From the IMG/VR virus record IMGVR_UViG_2675903165_000002: a DNA stretch of 20,000 bases. One strand, 5' to 3'. This document shows, piece after piece, positions 9,387-16,218 of this stretch. The DNA is from an uncultured virus (IMG/VR IMGVR_UViG_2675903165_000002). Its lineage: Duplodnaviria > Heunggongvirae > Uroviricota > Caudoviricetes. The position numbers and the translations under genes are program-made. Position 1 is the stretch's first letter, and each line of letters opens with the position of its first letter. Under the pieces are notes generated by a model, which was not told the origin of the DNA, searched no databases, and worked only from the letters and a program-made list of their open reading frames with translations.

Positions 9387-9983
9387 ATGATTTACGGTTA
9401 CATTCGGGTAAGCACCGACAAACAAACAGTAGAAAACCAACGCTACGAAATCAATCAATTTTGCCAAAACAATGTATATGTAGTAGATAAATGGATTGAA
9501 GAAACCATTTCGGGAGCTAAAAATCTACAAGACCGAAAACTTGGCAAACTTTTAAAACGAATGAAAAAGGGCGACATTCTTATCTGCTCCGAGCTTTCAC
9601 GTTTGGGCAGAAATTTGTTAATGATTATGGGCATACTTAACGAATGTATGAACCGCGACATTCAGGTTTGGACGATAAAGGATAATTATCGTTTGGGTAG
9701 CGACATCAACTCAAAAGTATTGGCCTTTGCCTTTGGTCTTTCAGCAGAAATAGAGCGCAACTTAATTTCGCAAAGAACAAAAGAAGCCTTGGCGCGAAAA
9801 AAAGCGGAAGGCGTAATTCTTGGCCGTCCCAAAGGACGAAAATCATCGAAAACCAAACTTACAGGACAGGAAAAAAAGATAAAGGACTTATTGGATAAAA
9901 AAGTTTCTTATTCAGCCATCGGCAGGATATTGGGTGTACACAGGCTTACGGTCAGTAGTTTTGTGAAAGCACAAACAGAATAG
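9387..9983 (+). CDS. mpi: Small serine recombinase/DNA invertase, Mpi-like family
   Basis: MIYGYIRVSTDKQTVENQR (catalytic Ser), ELSRLGRNL, WTIKDNYRLG..INSKVLAFAFGLSAEIERNLISQRTKEALARKKAEGVILGRPKG, C-terminal HTH; recognised as close to Bacteroides Mpi-type invertases. Confidence 0.85.
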   Translation: MIYGYIRVSTDKQTVENQRYEINQFCQNNVYVVDKWIEETISGAKNLQDRKLGKLLKRMKKGDILICSELSRLGRNLLMIMGILNECMNRDIQVWTIKDNYRLGSDINSKVLAFAFGLSAEIERNLISQRTKEALARKKAEGVILGRPKGRKSSKTKLTGQEKKIKDLLDKKVSYSAIGRILGVHRLTVSSFVKAQTE

Positions 9984-10090
9984 GTAATCAAATTGAATGA
10001 AGGCAAAATTCTTTTCCCAAGAAAGTAGAAGCAGCCAACAGATTTTTAGAAGGTGCAACATTCAAAACCCCATTGAAATCAAAACCACTC

Positions 10091-10121
10091 ACCGCCAGCG
10101 CAACCCGTTGGCGGTTTTTTT
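10091..10121 (+). terminator. Intrinsic terminator downstream of the invertase
   Basis: Stem ACCGCCAGCG / CGTTGGCGGT (one G-U), loop CAACC, followed by a T run. Confidence 0.75.
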
Positions 10122-10122
10122 A

Positions 10123-10157
10123 TGTCCTTTTTCTCCTTCTATTTCCCTTTAGCTTGC
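10123..10157 (+). promoter_or_regulatory. TGTCCTTT-N19-TAGCTTGC motif, putative promoter-like element (copy 1)
   Basis: Same bipartite motif and same terminator-adjacent position as 16163-16198; second half resembles the Bacteroidota -7 box TAnnTTTG. Confidence 0.4.
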
Positions 10158-10160
10158 ACC

Positions 10161-11399
10161 TTACAATCCTAACAACCTGTTACTCATTTCTTTTCGGGTA
10201 TCGTCCTCAAAACTGGCCAAATAGACTTCTGTGATGGTGGTATTGGTATGTCCCAAACTTTCACTAATGTATTCTATGCTTGCCCCTGACCGCTTCAATA
10301 CTGTTGAGAAACTATGCCGCGCCGTGTAGGTAGTAATATGCTTACTGATACCTAATTCTTGCCCAACCTGCTTCATAAATCTATTGATGGTGGAGACGAT
10401 ATTGTGGGTTTTAACTGCCCTCTTCAATGGTGATTGTTGGTCATTATAAAAAGGAAAAATATAAGTATTGGGTAAGCAGGGTTTCTGTCCCCAACGGGCA
10501 ATAATATCTTGGGCAATGGCTGGCAAATGAGCCTGAATTAAGCGTGGGTTGCTACGGAGCTTATTAGCTGTTTTTTGTCTCATAAAGGTTAGCCTATCGC
10601 CATCTATATTGCTATATTTGAGGTTGCATATATCTTTTACGTTTATCCCATTGCACAGATAAGAAAAGACCCACAAGTCTCGGGCTAAAGCCTCTTTTCC
10701 TTGTGGGTCTTGTGGGGTGTAATGTATAATTTTCATAATATCAGCGAAGGGCAAGGCTTTTTTGATATTGACGGATGTTAAGGGTTGGTATTTTTTTCTT
10801 CCAAAGGGGTAGAAATCTTTTGAAACAATACCGTCTGCCATGGCAGCATTAAAGACGGTACGAATAGAGGTTGTATAAAATCCAATAGACCCCGCTTTGA
10901 GTCCTTTTATGAGTAGAGCCTCTTCGTATTTTTTCAAGAAGGCGGGAGTGATGTCCTCAAAATATAGATTTGTGCCAGCGTATTGCCGCAGGGAGTTGAG
11001 AGCGCAAGCAAATCCCCATGCAGATTTAATACGGCCTTCAGCAAATAGATTATCAATAAAAGATTGGAAGTAGTTTATGACCTTACGCGATACGACAGCA
11101 TTGTTACTTTTTCCATTGTATAGTTCCGTGAATCGCCTAAAAGTAAATACTCCCATAGACTTAAGTATGAGTTGTGCTTTATGCTCTATGGCCGTTATTT
11201 TAATTTTGAGCTCTTTAAGTTGTCCGCCGCGCACGGAGGTGGTTTTGAGCTTGTCCCAATCAGCTACTGAAACATATTCTGCAATGCTGATATATTGTCT
11301 TTCTTTTCGATAAGTAATGCGTAATTTAAGAGGGAAAGTTCCATCGACTTTTTGCCTTCTTCTGTCGATAACGACGGCAATTGTTGCAGTGTTTTCCAT
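10161..11399 (-). CDS. Tyrosine site-specific integrase (N-terminal arm-binding domain, SAM-like core-binding domain, catalytic domain)
   Basis: N-terminal DGTFPLKLRITY..ERQYI arm-domain pattern; catalytic region FSYLCNGINVKDI, FMRQKT, TYTARHSFST, ISESLGHT, TEVYL. No IntI-type insertion recognised. Confidence 0.9.
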   Translation of the reverse strand: MENTATIAVVIDRRRQKVDGTFPLKLRITYRKERQYISIAEYVSVADWDKLKTTSVRGGQLKELKIKITAIEHKAQLILKSMGVFTFRRFTELYNGKSNNAVVSRKVINYFQSFIDNLFAEGRIKSAWGFACALNSLRQYAGTNLYFEDITPAFLKKYEEALLIKGLKAGSIGFYTTSIRTVFNAAMADGIVSKDFYPFGRKKYQPLTSVNIKKALPFADIMKIIHYTPQDPQGKEALARDLWVFSYLCNGINVKDICNLKYSNIDGDRLTFMRQKTANKLRSNPRLIQAHLPAIAQDIIARWGQKPCLPNTYIFPFYNDQQSPLKRAVKTHNIVSTINRFMKQVGQELGISKHITTYTARHSFSTVLKRSGASIEYISESLGHTNTTITEVYLASFEDDTRKEMSNRLLGL

Positions 11400-11439
11400 G
11401 ATATTTACGATAAAATGTAAGATTTGTGTAATGCGTAAA

Positions 11440-11890
11440 TATACAAATAGTACAATAAAATATCAAAGAAAAACGGAATAATTATTATAATAAATAGCTA
11501 TAAATCAGATGATTAGTAAATTTGTGCAAACAATGAAAAAATAAGTAAAATTACATTTTGCCCAAATGGGTGATTGCTCTAAAAATGTATAAATAAATCT
11601 AAATAAGCATGTGTACGGAGAGTATTTAAAACTGCTCAGTATAAAGCTTTGTTAGACACGAGTAATATGATATTTTGAGTAAAAACTTTTCTTTGACGTA
11701 AAAAATCGTATTACTTTTGATACACTATTTGATACATGGTGTAGTAAAATAGCGCAAAAAAGTAATAATGTAGAGGAAAGAAAAATTCGTTATTGCATTG
11801 TAAATCAATGTATTATGATAGTATTGTAAAATAGCGAAAATATAACTATCCCTTCTTAAAAATAAAATATAAAAATATTTGCAAATATTC
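11440..11890. promoter_or_regulatory. AT-rich putative att/recombination-control region with IHF-consensus sites and short direct repeats
   Basis: WATCAR-N4-TTR matches at 11503-11515 and 11803-11815; TTTGATACA at 11716 and 11728; GTAAAATAGCG at 11744 and 11826; perfect palindrome AATATTTGCAAATATT at 11874-11889. Confidence 0.4.
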
Positions 11891-12003
11891 TATCTGTTTA
11901 AGATTTTGCGTGAGAATGGCAGGCAAGGTGCTTGCAGAATGGAAAAGATAAACGCAATAAGGTGTGTTTATACAAATGTTGTGCATAATTAAACGAAACA
12001 GAA

Positions 12004-12741
12004 ATGTCAGATAACAAAGAAAATAAAGCTAACTGGAAGCCCACAGATAAAAGATTTGTAGCATTTTTAGATATATTGGGTTTTAAAGACTTGGTTATGA
12101 GAAATACCCATGATGAAATATATCAAATATTAAATCAAATATCAAAAAGCAAAAAATTAATAGAAGAAGCCACAAAGTTTGAAGAAATTTCAAAGGTATT
12201 TGGTGATGTTGAAGTTTATGTAGTAAGCTTTTCAGATTCTATTGTAATCTTTTCAAAAAACGATAGTATTGAAAATTTCAAATATTTTCTATTAGCGACT
12301 AGGTGGTTTTTTACAGGTGCATTTAATAAACAAATACCTATAAAAGGAGCAATGGCACACGGTGAAATTAGTTTGAATAAGAAGGAACAGATTTATTTTG
12401 GGCAACCAATAATTGATGCTTATTTAATGGAAGAAGATGTGAATTATATGGGCATTGTCGCTCATAATAGTATTGACAATTATATTTCAAAAATTGAAGA
12501 AGAATCAGTTCTAAAGAGTATTGAGAGATTGTTGTTTGAAGAAAAAACTCCACTAAAATGTGGTAGCTTGACTCATACAAATCTCAATTGGTTCAAGATA
12601 ATTAAGAAAACCGATGAAGAGTTTAATATTCAGTATTTAAAATCTAAGATTAATTTATTCAAAAAAACGACATCTGGTACTGCAAGAAAATATATTGATA
12701 ATACTTTTAATATCTTAGAAAAAATAGAGGGTAGTTTATAA
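12004..12741 (+). CDS. Class III nucleotide cyclase-like protein (cassette 1)
   Basis: FVAFLDILGFK (first Asp), SFSDSIVI (second Asp), IKGAMAHGEI, YFGQPIIDAYLME follow the adenylate/guanylate cyclase motif order; product unknown. Confidence 0.6.
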   Translation: MSDNKENKANWKPTDKRFVAFLDILGFKDLVMRNTHDEIYQILNQISKSKKLIEEATKFEEISKVFGDVEVYVVSFSDSIVIFSKNDSIENFKYFLLATRWFFTGAFNKQIPIKGAMAHGEISLNKKEQIYFGQPIIDAYLMEEDVNYMGIVAHNSIDNYISKIEEESVLKSIERLLFEEKTPLKCGSLTHTNLNWFKIIKKTDEEFNIQYLKSKINLFKKTTSGTARKYIDNTFNILEKIEGSL

Positions 12742-12742
12742 A

Positions 12743-12869
12743 TTAACTATGCACAACACACAATATAGCCAATAAGGGTTTCAGTGGTATGCGAAGGTTT
12801 GTAGCCCCCTTCAATTTTTCGTGTACCATGATAGGAAATCGCCCGCAATCCCTTACTGGCCAGTTAGCA
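12743..12869. repeat. attC-like site 1 (shortened right arm)
   Basis: TTAACTATGCACAAC (12743-12757) complements the cassette 1 start GTTGTGCATAATTAA (11978-11992); inner stem GCCAATAAGGG (12768-12778) / CCCTTACTGGC (12850-12860); next GTT at 12863. Confidence 0.75.
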
Positions 12870-12895
12870 GCAAGCTTAAAAAAACAAAGCAATCT

Positions 12896-13786
12896 ATGAG
12901 AATTTTTATTAGTTGGTCAGGAGACGTAAGTAAGCAAATAGGAGAAGCCATTAAAGATTGGCTACCCGCTGTGTTACAAAATGTCAAACCCTATTTTACT
13001 CCAAATGATATTGAAAAAGGAGCACGCTGGAATGCAGATATTTCAAAAGAATTAGAGCATTGTAAGTTAGGAATATTTATATATACAAAGGATAATATTG
13101 ACAGCCAATGGATGTTGTTTGAAGCAGGTGCAATTAGTAAAATGTTGGACAATTCAAAAGTTTGTCCCATTTTGTTTGGGCTAGACAATGCTGATTTTAA
13201 AGGACCACTTACACAATTTCAAACGTCACAATTTCAAAAGACAGATTTTAGAAAATTAGTTTACTCAATCAATAATAGTCTTTCTGAACAAAAACTAGAG
13301 GAAAAAGTATTAGATGAAGTTTTTGAAATGTGGTGGCCAAAACTTGAAAATAAGGTTAATAAACTTTTAGATGCTAATAAGGTAGAAAACATTGCTGTTA
13401 GAAATGACCGAGAACTTCTTGAAGAAATACTTGCGATTTCTAGAATTACAGCAAAACGTACAATAGAAACAGGTAAGTCAAACTCAAAAAGAAGATATAA
13501 TACAGAAGTTTATGAAAAACTTGTGTCGAGCTTTATTTTTGGAACAGAAACTATTTTTGAAATAGATTGGGAACATACCAAGTCTTGTTTAGAAGGTGAT
13601 AATCTTCAATACTTCGTTGCACAAAATGGGGACTTTTTAAATCCTAATGTAAATGATGAAGGAAATAACTGGGCTAATAGGGTTGGGTTTTTAGAATCTT
13701 ATCGAAAACTTAAGTCATTCATCGAAGAATATGGATTAAGAAAAAGAGATTCATATTTTGACCCTGAAAACGAACCTCCATTTTAA
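12896..13786 (+). CDS. TIR-domain protein (cassette 2), 296 aa
   Basis: MRIFISWSG...WLPAVLQ...DIEKGARW...WMLFEAGAISK with the conserved TIR Glu. Start placed at ATG 12896, inside the cassette, rather than 12821, which lies in the attC-like site. Confidence 0.85.
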   Translation: MRIFISWSGDVSKQIGEAIKDWLPAVLQNVKPYFTPNDIEKGARWNADISKELEHCKLGIFIYTKDNIDSQWMLFEAGAISKMLDNSKVCPILFGLDNADFKGPLTQFQTSQFQKTDFRKLVYSINNSLSEQKLEEKVLDEVFEMWWPKLENKVNKLLDANKVENIAVRNDRELLEEILAISRITAKRTIETGKSNSKRRYNTEVYEKLVSSFIFGTETIFEIDWEHTKSCLEGDNLQYFVAQNGDFLNPNVNDEGNNWANRVGFLESYRKLKSFIEEYGLRKRDSYFDPENEPPF

Positions 13787-13789
13787 TTA

Positions 13790-13931
13790 AAGCCTGCTGC
13801 TAACATGGGTATTTGCAATAGTGCGGCTTGAAGTTAAATGATCAACTTAGGTAATTTTATGTAACTTTAGTGCAAAACTCGGCTGACGGAATACTATTAC
13901 CGCACCATCGCAAATACCTAATCCGTTGCCT
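13790..13931. repeat. attC-like site 2
   Basis: AAGCCTGCTGCTAAC (13790-13804) complements the cassette 2 start GTTAGCAGCAAGCTT (12863-12877); inner stem GGTATTTGCAATAGTGCGG (13808-13826) / CCGCACCATCGCAAATACC (13900-13918), 17/19; next GTT at 13925. Confidence 0.82.
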
Positions 13932-13975
13932 GTAATTGTATACAGACTTCACTATAAACTGAATCACATAAAGTA

Positions 13976-14524
13976 ATGGACAAAATAATCAGCACAGAAC
14001 CTAATTGGATAATTACAACCTTAATTGGAACTGTTATTGGTTATTTATACCCTTACTTTATTAAAGGAATTATTTACATTGGCAGACTTCTCTTTACTAA
14101 ACATTATTTAACTGGACAATGGAATAGCTACTACCAAATTTGGGAGAATAATTTAGCAGTAATCAAACACGAAAAATGGACTGTATCATTAGGATACAAT
14201 AGCAAACTTAAAGTGAAAATAAAAACTGTAGCAGAAGGTAATTTGAATTATTCTGGAGAACTTACAGAAGAAAGGGGACATTTGATTGTAACATTAAAAG
14301 CTAAAGAATATGATGAGAGAGTATTTGGACGATACCCAATTCCAATTCCAAGTAATGACGCAACTGTTGTAGGACTTTGGTTGGGAGTTGATTTTAATGC
14401 ACACGCAACTGTTGGAGCAAACATACTTTCGAGAATAGAGCTTGACAATGAAAAAATAATAATTCTGTTAAGAGAATACACAGAAGTTGATACTGAAAAT
14501 GAAATGATAAGGCTAAAGCACTAA
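13976..14524 (+). CDS. Hypothetical membrane protein: N-terminal TM segment plus beta-rich domain (cassette 3)
   Basis: Hydrophobic WIITTLIGTVIGYLYPYFIKGIIYI, then LTGQWNSY (GxW) and alternating beta-strand patterns ending GLWLGVDF...ILSR. Confidence 0.7.
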   Translation: MDKIISTEPNWIITTLIGTVIGYLYPYFIKGIIYIGRLLFTKHYLTGQWNSYYQIWENNLAVIKHEKWTVSLGYNSKLKVKIKTVAEGNLNYSGELTEERGHLIVTLKAKEYDERVFGRYPIPIPSNDATVVGLWLGVDFNAHATVGANILSRIELDNEKIIILLREYTEVDTENEMIRLKH

Positions 14525-14544
14525 TTCAAGAAACATTTGACAAA

Positions 14545-14688
14545 ACAACTACAGGCAACATTGGGTTTGCTGCAATTTGGGCTTGACGTTGTAAGCATCA
14601 ACTTTTGTAATTCTATTGGGCATTTGTGCAAATGTTGGGCTGACGTTTTTCAAATACCCCACCATTGCCAATATGTGGATTGTTAGTT
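14545..14688. repeat. attC-like site 3
   Basis: ACAACTACAGGCAAC (14545-14559) complements the cassette 3 start GTTGCCTGTAATTGT (13925-13939); centre homologous to site 2 (GCTTGA.GTT...ATCAACTT..GTAATT.TAT...GTGCAAA...GGCTGACG); inner stem degenerate; next GTT at 14682. Confidence 0.75.
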
Positions 14689-14744
14689 GCAAGCATTGTG
14701 GGACAATTTTAACATAAAACTATTTAGAAGAAATAAACATTAGT

Positions 14745-15998
14745 ATGAGTAACCTTGACTTTTCAAAAATTGCTTCAAAAGTTTTGACTCAACAACTTGA
14801 GACACAAATCAAGGAATACAAAGTATTTTACAAGACGCATTTGCGAAATGTAAAAGACCGACAATTAGTTTTATCACAACTCGACAACCTTTGTATAAGG
14901 TTTCAAAAAATATCACAAAAAATAGATTTTCTTTCCGACCCAGAAAGATATAAACTTGAAGAAGAAACTGAAAAACTTTTAAAGAAGTATTTCAATAACG
15001 ATATTTTTGAACTTTATAACAAAAAAATACCAACCCCTGAAGCGAAGCGAAAAATCCCTAATCCTGAAAATAAATTTTGGCTTACAGTTCTTGACTCAGT
15101 TTATCAAGCTGTTGAAGTCACAGCAGAACAGGTAAAACAAGAATTGGTTTATAAGACAGACTTTGTTACTTTTCTAAATAACTGTTTACTGTATTTTGGT
15201 TTACATCCAAATATTTTAAAGAGAGATAATACTATTTATAAACGCTATAATTGTGTTTTAGAACATCACTTTAAATCACCAAAGATAAAGCAGACAGAGT
15301 CTAAAATTTTATTAAAGAAGGAAATCTTGCAAGCTGAATTTCTAACTCCATATGAAAAGAAATTGCCAATTAGAATAAATGGGAAACTAATTCCATTCGA
15401 GGACATTTATCAAATCAAAATCACTTCAACTATTTTACAAGATGACGAGATAGAACTGTTTGCTGCTAAAAATAAATTTACATGGACTGACAATTCTAAA
15501 GACTATGTTGCTTTCATAAATAATTGCCATGACGAAACCGAACAACTACATAATAATCCATATTTGATTGGCCAAGACAAAGAGAGATTTAGAAATCATA
15601 ATACTTTCTTTGTTCATCCAACAAGAATTTTGGAATTACAAAAGATAAAAAACAATAAGTTCGACCTAATAAAACTTATTCAACTATGTGAAGAATTAAA
15701 TAATGCTTCTTCATCAAAAAATCCATTTAGTTTAACTTTTCTAGCGAGAGCAATTATTGACCACACTCCACCGATATTTGGGTTCAGTAATTTTTCAGAA
15801 GTAGCAAATAATTATTCAGGTGGGACAAGAAGTTTTAAGAAATCAATGCAAAACTTAGACAATTCATTGCGTAATATTGCAGACAACAACATACATTCAC
15901 AAGTAAGAAAAAAAGAAGTCTTGCCAACCACAACTCAAGTTGATTTTACGCAAGAGCTTGACCTGCTTCTGAGTGAAATCGTGAGAATTTTAGAGTAA
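14745..15998 (+). CDS. Hypothetical protein with C-terminal helical HEPN/Abi-like domain (cassette 4)
   Basis: 417-aa ORF; C-terminal FDLIKLIQLCEELN...LARAIIDHTPPIFG...LRNIADNNIH has an R...H motif spaced longer than canonical HEPN Rx4-6H, so the domain call is tentative. Confidence 0.55.
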   Translation: MSNLDFSKIASKVLTQQLETQIKEYKVFYKTHLRNVKDRQLVLSQLDNLCIRFQKISQKIDFLSDPERYKLEEETEKLLKKYFNNDIFELYNKKIPTPEAKRKIPNPENKFWLTVLDSVYQAVEVTAEQVKQELVYKTDFVTFLNNCLLYFGLHPNILKRDNTIYKRYNCVLEHHFKSPKIKQTESKILLKKEILQAEFLTPYEKKLPIRINGKLIPFEDIYQIKITSTILQDDEIELFAAKNKFTWTDNSKDYVAFINNCHDETEQLHNNPYLIGQDKERFRNHNTFFVHPTRILELQKIKNNKFDLIKLIQLCEELNNASSSKNPFSLTFLARAIIDHTPPIFGFSNFSEVANNYSGGTRSFKKSMQNLDNSLRNIADNNIHSQVRKKEVLPTTTQVDFTQELDLLLSEIVRILE

Positions 15999-16021
15999 AC
16001 AACAACTTCGGACGAACGGTA

Positions 16022-16100
16022 GCACAGCCATCAACACACTTTTAGCATCAGGAAGGGTAACGTGCAAACTTGAGGTTCTGTACCTTCAATTTTCTACCTG
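16022..16100. repeat. Truncated/degenerate attC-like site 4 (left half only)
   Basis: GCACAGCCATCAAC (16022-16035) sits in the expected position after the stop, but only 6/11 bases complement the cassette 4 start GTTAGTTGCAA, and no right arm was found. Confidence 0.4.
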
Positions 16101-16130
16101 AATGCAAAGCCCGAAATCTTTTTGAAACCC

Positions 16131-16160
16131 GCCACCAACTTACCCAGTTGGTGGCTTTTT
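16131..16160 (+). terminator. Intrinsic terminator closing the cassette array
   Basis: Perfect 9-bp stem GCCACCAAC / GTTGGTGGC, 7-nt loop, TTTTT tail. Confidence 0.78.
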
Positions 16161-16162
16161 CT

Positions 16163-16198
16163 TGTCCTTTTGAGTGAATCAATCCACCGATAGATTGC
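16163..16198 (+). promoter_or_regulatory. TGTCCTTT-N20-TAGATTGC motif, putative promoter of the tape measure gene (copy 2)
   Basis: Ends 20 nt before the ATG at 16219; matches copy 1 at 10123-10157. Confidence 0.45.
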
Positions 16199-16218
16199 GC
16201 CATAAACTTTAATAGTTC

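Larger units (their letters stand above)
11978..16100 (+). mobile_element. Integron-like gene cassette array (4 cassettes, attC-like sites)
   Basis: Cassettes start at GTT (11978, 12863, 13925, 14682), each carry one co-oriented ORF, and end in a sequence terminating in AAC that is complementary to that cassette's own start (14/15 for cassettes 1-3), followed by a long imperfect hairpin. Confidence 0.8.

Noticed and set aside
11555..11590. Possible tRNA fragment (TTGCTCTA) as att core
   Set aside because: Only a few bases resemble a tRNA D-arm; no cloverleaf or partner repeat in the window.
11648..11658. TTTGTTAGACA, an 11-bp match to the invertase IR
   Set aside because: Lacks the GAGCG half and has no TRD sequence beside it; plausible by chance in AT-rich DNA.
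12821..12895. N-terminal extension of the TIR ORF given by the ORF track
   Set aside because: It runs through the attC-like site and crosses the cassette boundary; the TIR fold starts at ATG 12896.
11978..16100. CRISPR array or simple terminators as explanation of the intergenic repeats
   Set aside because: Units are gene-sized, repeats are cassette-specific inverted pairs, and the hairpins lack T tails.
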